Of a stretch of 64,000 nucleotides of DNA, positions 24,890-37,974 are shown in pieces. Every line of letters begins with the position of its first letter. Within the stretch, counting starts at the first letter, position 1. A program made the position numbers and the translations under genes. The notes beneath the pieces were generated by a model. That model saw nothing but the letters and a program-made list of their open reading frames with translations. It was not told the DNA's origin and searched no databases. Source of the stretch: Mobula hypostoma (Eukaryota); NCBI RefSeq assembly GCF_963921235.1, contig NC_086097.1, positions 29,948,001 through 30,012,000 of the forward strand, in the 5' to 3' direction.

Positions 24890-27040
24890 ATAAGACATGG
24901 GAGCAGCAATAAGACATTTGGCCCATCAAGTCTGCTCCACCATCCAATTGTGGCTGATATATAATCCCTCTTAGCCCCATTCTCCTGGCTTCTCCCTGTT
25001 ATATTTAACACCCTTATTAGTCAGAAACCTACCAACCTACACTTTAAATATGCCCAGTGACTTGGCCTCCACAGCCGTCTGTGGCAATGAATTCCAGAGA
25101 TTCACCACCCTCTGGCTAAAGAAATTTCTCCTCATCTTTGTTCTAAAGGGACATTCTTCTGTTCTGAGCCTGTGTGCTCTGGTCATAGATTCTCCCACAA
25201 TAGGAAACATCCTGACCACATCCATTCTACCTAGGCCCTTCCAGGGGGACGATTCTATTCCGTGTAAATTCATTACATTGATGGATCCTCTTCTTTCCTA
25301 AGCAGCTAAAAGGTCCTGCTGCCAGGAGGCAATGAGAATATTCCAAGACAACGTGAAGCACAAACTCGTTATAGATCTTTTACAGAGGGATGGAGTTGTT
25401 GAACGTCACACCAGCTAGGATTCCAGAACCTTTCTTCTCTTATACAGCTACACAGAGTGATATTAAAATGTTTACATTCATCGTGAGGTGGCTTCCTTTC
25501 ACCGACTCTCGCGCAGGGGGTTCACGTTATAGGTGGCTGTGTGAAGAGGTTTGAGGTCTGAGAGCCTCTTGACACGATTGGTGGAGAGGTGACTTTTCAC
25601 CAGAGAAGGATCCTAAAATTTAAAACAGGGATGCGGAGAAATTTCTTCAGCCAGAGGGTGGTGAATTTGTGGAATTTATTACCACAGGCAGCTCTGGATA
25701 CCAGGTCACTGGGAGTATTTAAGGTCGAGCTTGATAGGTTCCTGATCGGACACGGCATCAATGGTTATGGGGAGAAGGCCTGGGAGTGGGACAAAGGAGG
25801 GGAAAAAAGGATCAGCCTGATTCTGCTCCTATGCCTTATGGTCTTATGGTCTCTAAATTTGGAATGAAAGAATAATATGTTCTGGGCGAGTCTTGAGTGG
25901 GGTTGAGAATGTGCCGCAGGGATCAGTGCTGGGTCCTTTGTTGTTTGTCACCTGTATCAATGATCTGAATGATAATGTGATTAACTGTATCAGCAAATTT
26001 GTAGATGACACCATGACTGGGGATGTAGTGGACAGTGAGGAAGGCTATCACGGCTTGCAGAGGGATCTGCATCAGCTAAAAAAATGGGTGAAAAATGGCA
26101 GACGAAATTTGATGCAGACAAGTGCGAGGTTTTGCCCTTCGGTAGGATCAACCAGAAGGGTCTTGCACAGTGAATGGTAGATCACTGAGGAGTGTGGTAG
26201 AACAAAGGGATCTGGGAATACAGGTCCATAATTCATTTAAAGTGGTGTCACAGGTAGATAGGATCGTAAAGAAAGCTTTTGGCGCATTGGCCTTCATAAA
26301 TCACTGTATTGAATACTGGAGATGGGATGTTATATTGAAGTTATAAAAGATATTGGTGAGGCCTAATTTGGAGTATTGTGTGCAGATTTAGTCACCTACC
26401 TACAGGAAATAGGTAACCAAGGTTGAAAGGGTGCAGATAAAATTTACTAAGATGTTGCTGAGTCTGGAGGACCTGAGTTATAAGGAAAGATTGAATAGGT
26501 TAGGACTGTATTCCTTAGAACATAGAAGATTGAGAGGAGATTTGATAGAGTATACAAAATAATGAGGGGTATAGATAGGTTAAATGCAAGCAAGCTTTTT
26601 CCACTGAGGTTGGGTGGGACTAGAATTAGAGGTCATAGGTTAAGGGAGAAAGGTGAGAAGTTTAAGGGGAACATGAAGGGAAATGTCTTCACTCAGAGGA
26701 TCATAAGAGAGTGGAATGAGATCCCGGGGTAAATGGTGCATGTGAGCTCAATGTTTAAGAGGTTTGGAAAGGAACATGGATGGGAGGGGTATGTAGGGCT
26801 ATGGTCCCAGTGCAGGTCGATGGGGGTAAGCAGTTTAAGTAGTTTTGGCATGGGCTAGGTGTGCAGAAGGGCCTGTTTCTGTGCTGTACTTCTCTATAAC
26901 TCTCTGACTCTACAGCAGTTGGGACATTATGTTGCAGTTTCTTAATTCCTTGTTGAGGCCACACTTGGAATACAGTGCCCAGTTCAGGTCACCTCCTGTG
27001 ATAGGAAAAATGTGGTTAAACTGGAAAGAGTGCAGAGAAA
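24890..27040. mobile_element. Cluster of CR1 3' fragments (24890-25240 minus; 25615-25850, 25905-26900 and 26920-27040 plus)
   Basis: Repeated RNFFSQRVVNLWN, VPQGSVLGP and RPHLEY motifs. Confidence 0.8.
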
Positions 27041-27549
27041 ATGACATAGGACCAGAAACGGACTATTCGGTGCAGAGCCTTCTCTACTGTTCAATCACGG
27101 CTGATTTCAAGCTCAAGGTCAATTTATCGTCATTCAACCGCACATGTGCGCACATCTAAACAAAACAATGTTCCTCAGGGACCAAGGTACAAAGCACAGT
27201 ACATTTATCACATACACCTCATAAAATAATGTTAGCACAGTAATATTAACAGATTTTAAAAACGTATTATGTGGATGTACAAGTGGACACAAAATGCGTA
27301 TATGACATATAGTTAAATATACAACAGTATAATGCTACTGGTGCTGTCACTAATAGTGTGTACTGGGTGGTAGCAGGATGTTCTGAAGTCTCACAGCCTG
27401 GGGATTTATTACCCCTCTCAGCCTCATTCCCCTGCCTTCTCCTGTAACCTTTTACACCCTTACTAATAGCGAGCCTTATCTACCTCTGCTTTAAGTTACT
27501 TGGTCTCCACAGCCGTCTGTGGCAATTTCCCTTGTCAGGAAGCAATGGT

Positions 27550-28668
27550 TTAGGTTTATCATCACCGGCATGTGACGTGAAATTTGTTAACTTAGCAGCA
27601 GCAGCATTTCAATGCAATACATAATCTAGCACAGAGAGAGAAAAAAATAATAAATAAAATAAAACATAATAAGTAAATCAAAGTAGATTATTTAAAAAAG
27701 TGCAAAAACAGAAATACTGTATATTTTTTTAAAAAGTGAGAGAGTGTCCAAAGCTTCAATGTCCATTTAGGAATCGGATGGCAGAGGGGAAGAAGCTGTT
27801 CCTGAATCGCTGAGTGTGTGCCTTCAGGCTTCTGTACCTCCTACCTGATGTAACAGTGAGGAAAGTGCATGCCCTGGGTGCTGGACGTCCTTAATAATGG
27901 ACGCTGCCTTTCTGAGACACCGCTTCCTAAAGATGTCCTGGATACTCTGTAGGCTAGGTACCCAAGATGGAGCTGACTAGATTTACAACCTTCTGCAGCT
28001 TCTTTCGGTCCTGAGCAGTAGCCCCTCCATACCAGACAGTGATGCAGCCTGTCAGAATGCTCTCCACAGTACAACTACAGAAGTTTTTGAGCGTATTTGT
28101 TGACATGCTAAATCGCTTCAAACTCCTAATAAAGTATAGCCGCTGTCTTGCCTTCTTTATAACTATATCAATATGCTGGGACCAGGTTAGATCCTCAGAG
28201 ATCTTGACACCCAGGAACTTGAAGCTGCTCATTCTCTCCACTTCTGATTCCTCTATAAGGATTGGTTTGTGTACCTTCGTCTTACCCTTCCTGAAGTCTA
28301 CAATCAGCTCTTTCGTCTTGCTGACGTTGAGTGCCAGGTTACTGCTGTGGCACCACTCCACTCGTTGGTATATCTCACTCCTGTACGCCCTCTCATCACC
28401 ACCTGAGATTCTACCAACAATGGTTTTATCGTCAGCAAATTTGTAGATGGTGCTTGAGCTATGCCTAGCCACACAGTCATGTGTATACAGAGAGTAGAGC
28501 AGTGGGCTAAGCACACACCCCTGAGGTGCGCCAGTGTTGATTGGCAGTGAAGAGGATATGTTATCACCAACCAGCACAGACTGTGGTCTTCTGGTTAGGA
28601 AGTCGAGGATCCAATTACAGAGGCCCAGGTTCTGCAACTTCTCAATTAGGATTGTGGGAATGATGGTA
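27550..28668 (-). mobile_element. Rex1/Babar LINE 3' fragment
   Basis: [10 protein letters not shown]...[22 protein letters not shown]...KFADD...KKARQRLYF is the Rex1-type RT signature. Confidence 0.9.
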
Positions 28669-29117
28669 TTTACAAGGATATTCCCTGGACTAGAGGGCCA
28701 GAGTTACAGGGAGAGGCTGGCGAATCAAGAACTTAAGGGCATAAGAACATAGAATCCAAGGAGATTTGATAGGAACCTGAGGGGCAACATTTTCACACAC
28801 AACGTGATCTGTAGTCCATATATGAAATGAGCTGCCAGAGGAAGTATTTGAGGTAGGGACATCAAGAATTTTTTCCCCCAGGGAAAGGGAATCATGAATT
28901 AATGGACAGAGGTTAAAGGTGAGAGAGAGTATTAAAATGAACTGGAGGGACAAATTCTTCACATAGAGGTGTTTTTTTTTGGAACGTGCTGCTAGAGACA
29001 GTGCATCTGGGCCTGGAGTTTAGAAAAATAAAGGGAGATTTCTTTGAAACCTATCAAACATTGAAAGTCTTAGATTGAGTGAACATGGAGAGGATGTCTC
29101 CTATAGTGGGGGATTCT

Positions 29118-32100
29118 TGTCAGGAGGTGTAGAGGAGGCTTAACCCAAACACAGAGCAGCAGAGACGATTTAACAGTGGGCCATAACTTTAACAAGCAAC
29201 TGCAAACAATAAACCACAAGGGTCCTCAAAACCAAAGAGAATAGATGGTTAACTCAACAAGGTAACTGAAGGTTAGGAGGTGGTTCATATGAGTGGAACA
29301 AGGACCGTGGATTAGAGCTAGGTTTAAATGGGCTGCAGGTGATGAGTTGAAAACAAGTGGCAGGTGATTCACGTTAGCTGGATGGAGACTGGGAGGTGCC
29401 TGCCTGTGCATACCTAACAGAACTCCCACTCCTACAGCCGGCACCTCACAGACCAGGGCTATCCGGATATGTCCACTGGAACTCCTCGATAAGTGATGGA
29501 TCCAAGAAGAAATTGGACAGCACCCAAGACCTCTCCTCCGGGTCGTACCCTTCCCAGGTGATTAGGTACTGCACACTCCGTCCGTGAAGTTGTGAATCCA
29601 TCAACCAGCGAACTGGGTACACTGGACCACCCTCCGCCATCCTGGCCTCTAGAGGTGCTGTCTCAGCAGGCTTGAGGCAAGGCATGTGGAAGGTAGGTGT
29701 GATCCTGAGGGACAGTGGTGGCTGAAGATGGCAACTTATTGGATTAATGTGATGGGTAATTTTGAAGGGGCCAATGAACTGGGGTGAGAGCTAGAGGGAA
29801 TCAATGTGCAGAGGCAGTTCTAGGGTGGACAGCCAGACACAGTCCCCAGGCTGGAATAGTCTGCCTAGGCACAGCTGGCGGTAGGCCTGGGTAGCAGCTT
29901 GGATGCCCCCCCAAGCACTCTTCCAAGCTTTCCAGCAGCGGAAAACCAGGCCCTGGTGGACAGGATCCTCCACTGTTGGGTCCTCCATGGGCAACAATGG
30001 GGGTTGGTAGCCATGAAGCACTTCAAAGAGTGACATACCTGTGGCAGAGGAGGTGTGTATGTTTTGGGAGAGTCTGGCCCAGAGCAGATACTTCTAGGTG
30101 GGAGGGTTAGAGGTGGTGAAGCATCGCAGAAACTCCTTCACTTACTAATATTCTCTTTCTGACTGTCCATTGGTCTGTGGATGATAGCCAGAGGACAAAC
30201 GCACTGAAGTGCAGAAGAGCGTGCAGAAGCCGGAGATGAATTGTGAACCCCAGTCCGACATAATGTCCCAGGAGAAGCTGTGGAGGCGAACTACATGTTA
30301 AAGAACCAGGTCTGCCATTTGGGTAGGGAGGGGGCTGCCTGGAGAACCGGTCCACCACTGTCAAGATCACCATGGTCCCATCGGAAGGTGACAAACCCGT
30401 GATGAAATCAATGGCGATGTGGTACCATGGGCATAGAGGGACCAGTAGGGCCCACAGGAGCCCAGAGGAATTGGACTGGGCATGGAGCAACCAACAGACA
30501 AGCGTCTGTGATCATGGTGGGACACCAAAACCAGTGTTACAGAAAATCCAGAGACTATTGTGCACCTGAATGGCCAGAGGGATGAAGAGTGGGCCCACTG
30601 CAGTGGCAGTGCCTCAGAGCGCATGGCCACCGGCACATACATGCGGCTGTCTGGTGTGTCAGCCAGAACAGGCTCATGCCGTAAGGGTTTGGTTTTCAAG
30701 GTCCCAGATGATCGGGGGGTGGGGGGGGGGAGGCTGAAATGATGGGTTGAGGGTCGATCTCCATTTCAACTGGATCAAACTGTCATGACAGGGCATGCCC
30801 TTTAGTGTTAATTGAGGCAGGCGGGGAGGAGATGAAGCTGAATTGCTTGAAGAAGAGGACCCAGCGAGCCTGACATGGGTTGAGTTGGCAGGTCTTGTAC
30901 GGATATGGGGTTCTGGTGGTCAGCCCAGATTAGGAAAGACTCAGTATCCCATCAGCCAATGTCTCCATTCCTCCACAGTCAATTTAGTGGCAAGTAGTTT
31001 CCTATGTCCTTCTCCATAACTCCGCTATATAGAGTGGAACTTGCATGAGAAGAAGTCTTCCCGTCCGGACCTCACTGGGGGAGGATGGCCCTGATGCCCG
31101 TGCCAGATGCATCCTCCTCTACCACAAAAGTTCCGGAGGGGTTCGGCTGGTGGAGAATGAGAGCAGGTGTAAAGCATCTCTTGAACTCCTTGAAAGCGTG
31201 GTCCCAGGTTATCCATTAGACTTGGGGAGGTGAGGAGTGGTGATTTGGCTGTAGTTTCTGATGGAACAGTGCTAGAAGTTGGAGAAACCCAAGAGGCACT
31301 GTAGCTGCTTGAGGGAGTGTGGTCAGTGCCATTCAACAGTGGTGTGCACTTCCTCTGGCTCCATGATTCAAGGTTCAAAGTGCATTTATTATCAAAGTAT
31401 GTACACATTATACAACCTTGAGATTCGTCTCCTAATGGGCAGCCACGAAACAAAGAAGGCCAAAAGAACCCATATAAAAAAGACCATCAAACACCCAATG
31501 TGCAGAGAGAAAAAAGCATCATGCCCATTTGGAAAAAACACATAAAAATAAAGAAGACTGTTGAGCACCCAATGTGCAGAGAAAAAGAACACACCATGCA
31601 AACAGTAACAGTAAGCAAATAGCGTTCTGATCTGAAGTCCACAAAGAGAGTCCCATAGATCAGCGCAGAGTCAAGTCAAGGAGCCACGATCTGAACCCAT
31701 CCCTCGCCTCGGGCCTTGGGCCCCAACCCCCTGACCTTTTCAATGTGTCCCAGTGCCTGAATCACCATCCAAGCATCAGGTTCATCACCTCGACACACAC
31801 ACTGGGGCCAGGACCCCACTGCCTCGATTCAGCCTATAGCTGACCTTTCATATCCAGTACAGCACTTAAATGCGCACCCAAACATGGAGTTGAGTCACCC
31901 CGATCCCCTCTGGTGCCTGGACCCTACCGCCCCAATTCGGCCTGTACCTGCACTTTCCGATTTGGCCCCGTGCTTACGTCTGTCCAAGCATCAAGTTCAG
32001 TTGATTCGGTACGCTAAGGTGCCTGGACCTCGCTGCCTTGATTTAACCTTCAGCAAGGCACTTAAAATGATTGAACCTTAGGTCTGTCTCACTCTGAGCT

Positions 32101-34345
32101 GCCTCGCCTTGCCTCGGTTCTGCCACATCGAATTCCCTTCAAGGCCAAAAGGAAATTACAGACTTTTACTTGCAGTGATCACTTACCAGAAAAAGTGTGA
32201 TTGACAAAGTATTTAGTTGTTTTCCTTGTTTCATTATCCACTAGCTAGAACTCACTGAGGTTCACCAGGGCCATCTTAAACAAGAAGTGCAATGGAGTGG
32301 AAGTAAGTAACGCAGAGAAGGATTGACTAGAGTGTAGAACTGGCATTTCTCTAACTTGTAGCACCATTGGTCTGAGGAAATGCTGAAGGACTGAATGGAC
32401 ATGACAGACATGGTCCTGAGGGTCCTTGGAGAAGATGAGGATGTTGAGGTAGACACACACATACCTGTGTAGCATATCTTGGAGGCTCCCGTTGATGAAG
32501 GCTTGGAAAACAGCCGGGCTGTTGGGAAGTATAAAAGGCATCACCAAGTATTCACAGCGGCCAGTGGGTAAAACAATAGTCTTTCATGGATCAGGGTTAC
32601 ATGCTCTGTAGATCCCGTTTGGTGAAGATCTGGGCCCTGCGGAGCGTTTCAAATAACTATCCATCAGCGGAGACAGTATTGGTTCTTTCTGGTGATTTTG
32701 TTGAGTCCACTATTGTTGATGCAGGAACAAAGACACCCAATTTTCTATTAACAAAGAAGAATCCTGCTCTGGCTGGGGACTGGGATGGTCTAACAAAGCA
32801 CTTTGGTGATGTCGTCATTCATGGCTTGGATTTCAGGAGGGGAGAGGAAGAACAGACAACTTCGGGGAGGGGTGGTGCCCGGGAGGAGGTCAACCACAAA
32901 GTTATGTGCTCTGTGAGGTGGCAGGGTGCTGGCTTTCCTTTTACCGAAGGTGATAAACTAAGTCGTGATACTCCAGTGGGAGATTGGAGAGGTCAAGGGT
33001 CTCCTCAGATTTACAAGGTGAGGTCAACTCAGGTTGCAGGCAGGTGGTCCCCAACTCAACAGTGAACTGGGTGACCGTGTGAAGTGAGGGTCGAGAGTGG
33101 GTAGCTAGCAGTAACCCAAGATTAGAGATCAGGAGGAATTGGATGGATTCGTGGTGCTCTCCAGTGCTTATATGCACAGGCCATACCATCGCAAACCCCA
33201 AGGGACGTCTGTCAATGTCCGTGATGGAGAAAGGGTGAGAGATGGGCTTGGTAGGGAGTCCAACCCATACAAGGTAGGGAGTAGCTGGTCCAGAAAGTTG
33301 CTTGTTGAGCCGGAATCCAGCAGAGCCCTGGGCGTGCATAAGGCCATCAGTGTGTGGAGGGGGACAGAGAACATGAGTCAGGCTATGGTGCTGGAACGAG
33401 GGACCAGGGGAAGGCCCTTCGTCTCTACCTGGTGGTGCTGTCTTCCCAGATGTAGTGGGTGTTGGATGCATGAATGATCACAAGTTGCTTCTCCACTGAC
33501 ATTTGCATTCTTGGTGGGGAGGGGGAGCTGGGAGGGTGGTTAAGGGAGCTCACTCTAACAGTGTGCTTCCAGAGGCATTGATATGAGGGTCCTGCAGCCT
33601 GTAATAGTTCTGGGAACGGAACTGGGGTTGGGGCTGTTGATCTGGAGGGTTGTTACATATCAGGCTTGTCAATGCGGAGGGCCAGAGTGATGAGGCTTTT
33701 GAGGTTAGTGAGCGTCTCCCGGATGGACAGCTCATCTTTCAGGTGCTCTGAGAGGCCGTGATGGTGACGGGCCAACAGCGCTTCTGCATACCAACCGCAC
33801 TGTGCCGCAAGGGTCCTGAATTCCACAGTGTAATCTAGCACCAAGCATGAACTGTAACACAAGCAAAGTATCCGATCCACTGCTTCCATTACACCTCCAG
33901 GATGGTCCATAACTCAGCGCGTCTCAATGTTGGTTGAAAATGGGAGTTTTATTGCCCCAGTTAGCAACAGCCCAGATCAGAGCTCGCCCAGTCAAGAGAG
34001 AAATGATGAAGGCAATCTTGACTCAGTCCCTGACATACTTCGATGGCTACAGCTGGAAGTGTAGGACGCACTGGGACAGGAAGTTACAGCATCAGATTGG
34101 GGATCCATCGAAGTGTTTGGGCACTGGAATCAGAGGCTCCAAGGAAGGAGGTTGCGGTCATAAGATGGAGGGTTGGCTGAGAGTGGCACGGGGATGGTCA
34201 ATTGCTTCCTGCTGCTTCTGGATTGTGTGTTCATGTTGATGGACGACTTCCTTTACTCTGCTGGGTCCATAAGCGATTCACTCGTCCTGTTCGGAAATGC
34301 GGAAGAGGCTTGGTCCAAACACAGAGCAGCAGTGAGCGATAACAC
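29118..34345 (-). mobile_element. Decayed chromovirus-type (Sushi-like) Ty3/Gypsy retrotransposon
   Basis: gag start MDPAE at 34270, protease [24 protein letters not shown], integrase [13 protein letters not shown]...VVDRFS, chromodomain QYLITWEGYDPEERSWV. PPT and 3' LTR at 29118-29419 (TGTCAGG...CCTAACA). 5' LTR remnant starts at 34288. Confidence 0.9.
31365..32288 (-). mobile_element. Non-autonomous Rex1/L2-tailed retroelement inserted in Gypsy pol
   Basis: Minus-strand tail ...GATAATAAATGCACTTTGAACCTTGAA. Gypsy pol sequence resumes on both sides. Confidence 0.65.
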
Positions 34346-34599
34346 GGGACAACAAAGATTTTGCTTCCTGGATACTTCTGGGGGTATCTTATGGATTTTG
34401 GACTGCTGATCATGAAAATCACCATGAAATTTCCCTCTCATGCACCATTTTTTTAAAAATCGCCTGTATTTGTTATTTCAATTCATAATTCAAGTCAGTT
34501 AAAATGGTGCCCACGATGTAAGCTGCAAAGATTTCTATCTTGGCCGGGCATATAGTGTGTACTCAATGTTATAAAGTAATTTTATTTTCAGGAGTATTT

Positions 34600-35100
34600 G
34601 TGATAGCAAAATGTCTCGCTACTGTTGCAACTTGCTGTTATATTTTTGGCAAGTATACACTTAAATCTCAAGGACTCCTCTTTTTAAGAAAGCCAATGAG
34701 CTCTACTTTGACTGTAAAATTGACAACCAAGACAAATCACTTGTTGTGCAACACATACTGTCGATCTTAGAGCTTGGCTCAGAGGTCCTTGGAAATGATT
34801 CACTGTCCTGATGATGTGGCGAGAGCAGAAGGATCATGTGACAGACTGCTATTCTGTCTGGCCAGTGTGTCTGGTTACTCAGTTAAAACCAAGAAACCCA
34901 CTGAATACCCGAATTTCCCTTCAGCCATGAGACCCGTGCCGCATGACGATAGTACCAAAGCCAAGGCCAAGGCCACAAGAGACATGGAGTCTAGAGGAAG
35001 CAGGCAAAGATGTCATGATGCATGAGTCAGGAATGGAAAATGATTTTGAACCCTCTAAGTCAAGTGAGCCTTATCCGATAACTCTATCGGAGTTAAATGA
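34600..35100 (+). mobile_element. DNA transposase N-terminal remnant, probably Chapaev3 (CMC)
   Basis: CYIFGKYTLKSQ and, across frameshifts, WREQKDHVTDCY / FCLASVSGYSVKTKKPTEYPNFPSAMRPVPHDD. Family assignment is from memory of this Cys/His-rich motif. Confidence 0.6.
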
Positions 35101-37150
35101 CCATATAACCATATAACAATTACAGTACAGAAACAGGCCATTTCGGCCTGCCTAGTCCATGCCGAACGCTTACTCTCACCTAGTCTCACCCACCTGCACT
35201 CAGCCCATAACCCTCCATTTCCTTCTTGTCCATATAGCTATCCAATGTTACTTTAAATGACAATATCAGACCTACCTCTACCACTTCTGCTGGAAGCTCG
35301 TTCCACACAGCCACCCCTCTGAGTAAAGAAGTTACCCCTCATGTTACCCTTAAACTTTTGCCCCCTAACTCTCAACTCATGTCCTCTTGTTTGAATCTCC
35401 CCTATTCTCAATGGATAAAGCCTATCCACATCAACTCTATCTATCCCCCTCATAATTTTAAATACCTCTCAAGTCCCCCCTCAACCTTCTACGCTCCAAA
35501 GAATAAAGACCCGACTTGTACAACCTTTCTCTGTAACTTAGGTGCTGAAATCCAGGTAACATTCTAGTAAATCTTCTCTGTACTCTCTCTATTTTGTTGA
35601 CATCTTTCCTATAATTTGGTGACCAGAACTGTACACAATACTCCAAATTTGGCCTTACCAATGCCTTGTGCAATTTTAACATTACATCCCAACTCCTATA
35701 CTCAATGCTCTGATTTATATGACCTGGTCGGAGATTTGGGTTTGTTAAAGGCAAAGCAGAATTACTGGATTCAAGATTGAGGCTGGATGGTCTGAAGGAA
35801 TGAAACATGCTGGCGATGCAAGCAGGGTTTAAACAGGCTGCTGGTGTTGTTGGAAATGAGTAGCAGGTGATTCCAGTAAGCTGGGTGGAGACAGTCTGGT
35901 TAGTTGTTGGAATCAATTATTAGGGATGAGATTATGGAATACCTGGAAGCACATGACAAGATAGGCCAAAAGCCAGCATGGTTTTCTGAAAAGAAAACCA
36001 AAAAAAAAGGAAAATCCTACCTGACAGACCTACTGCAATTCTTGAGAAAATTACAAGCAGGGTAGAAAAAAGAGATGCAGTAGACGTGGTATACTTGGAT
36101 TTTCAGAAGGCCTTTGACAAGGTGCCACACGTGAGGCTGCTTAGCAAAATAAGAGCTTGTAAAATTACAGGAAAGTTACTGGCATAGGTGGAGCATTGGC
36201 TAGTCAGCAGAAAACAGAGTGGGAATAAAGGGATCCTATTCTGGCTGGCTGCCGGTTACCAGTGGAGTTCCACAGGGGCCGGTGTTGAGTCAGTTGTGAA
36301 GAAGGTGAATGCAATGTTAGCATTCATTTCAAGATATATAGAATGTAAGAGCAGGGATGTTATGTTGAGGCTGTATAAGGCACTTGTGAGACCACACTTG
36401 GAGTATTGTGTGCAGTTTTGGGCTCCTTATTTTAGAAACAATATGCTGATGTTGGAGAGGGTTTCGAGAAGATTCACAAGAATGATTCCAGGAATGAAAG
36501 GGGATGAGGAATGTCTGGCAGCTATGGGCTGTATTCCCTGGAGTTCAGGAGAATGAGGGGGGATCTGATAGAAACATTCCAAATGTTAAAAGACCTGAAC
36601 AGATTAGATATGGCAAAGTTATTTCCCATGGTGGGGGATTCTAGGACAAGAGGGCACGACTTCAGGATTGAAGGGCGTCCATTTAGGACAGAGATGTGGA
36701 GAAATTACATTAGTCAGAGGGTGGTAAATCTGTGGAATTTATTGCCACAAGCAGCTGTGGAAGCCAAATCATTGGGTGTATTTAACGCAGAGATAGATAG
36801 GTTCTTGATTAGCCAGGGCATCAAAGGGTATAGGGTGAAGGCAGGGGAGTGGGGATGACTGGAAGAATTGGATCAGCCTATGATTGAATGGCAATGCAGA
36901 TTCGATGGGCCAAATGGCCTACTTCTGGTCCTGTATCTTATGGTCTTATGACAGGAATAATAAATCAGCCCTAGTCTAATGGTGGAGCAGACATGATGGG
37001 CCAAATGGCCTAATTCCGCCCCAATGTCTTATGGCTGAGGTGTGCACCATGACAAAATACAAGGAGCATTTGGAGGGGTATGTGAAGAGGAAAGGTTGAG
37101 AGAGAAGTGGGCAAATGGCACAGTGGGCCTGAGGGGCCTGTTTCTGTGCT
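35100..37150. mobile_element. CR1 fragments (35100-35720 minus; 35925-36950 plus with internal deletion)
   Basis: LVRPNLEYCVQFWSP and LVRPHLEYCVQFWAP motifs with CR1 tails. Confidence 0.85.
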
Positions 37151-37974
37151 GTATAACCGTACATGTCTTTAAAAGCCACAGCCTGAGCAGATCTGGAACG
37201 CAGATTAGAACTTCCACAATGACCGCATAAGGGAAGTTGGTCCTCGGCAGTGGGAAATGTCGGCAGGCATCAGGGGAAGCATCTGGCAGACCTGAGTTAC
37301 TGCCCTAAACCCCCAATGAACGGATGTTGTGTTGGAGAACTTGCTTCTTACAAATAAGAACAGTTTCAGTGCTTGGTAGTGTAATGGGAAAGCGCCGCGG
37401 TGTCTGAGGGCGGAACGCGAATCCCTGTATATTCTGCATTCCACTTTCGGTCTCCGGTGCAGGCTTACAGCTTGAACTGTCAGTGGGCCCTTCTTTCTCC
37501 CTCCCTACACGTCAGTATCTCTCACACGAATAATCTCTAACATTGATTTTCACGCACAGTCCTGCCTCTCTGTCTCTGGCTGATTCTCCATGTCCCCTGC
37601 ACGTTAGTATCTCTCGGGTGCATACACTCACTGTATCCCATTCACTGGCTCTCGCACACACTCCCCACAGTCACTGTCACTCTCACATTGTGTCTCTCAC
37701 AGCCTCACACACACTGTCTCTCTCACACACACACTCCCCACAGTCACTGTCACTCTTACACTCTCTCACACACGCACTCCACACTCACTGTCTAACCAGT
37801 GTGATGGCTAAATGGCTATTACAAATGGGCATAATTTTAAGGTGATTGGAAGAAAGTATAGGAGGATGTCAGAGTAGCTTTTTTACAGTGAGTGATGGGT
37901 GCAGGGATGCCTCGCCAGAGGTAGTGGTGGAGGCAGATACATTAAGGGCATCTAAGAGACTCTTAGCCATTCAC

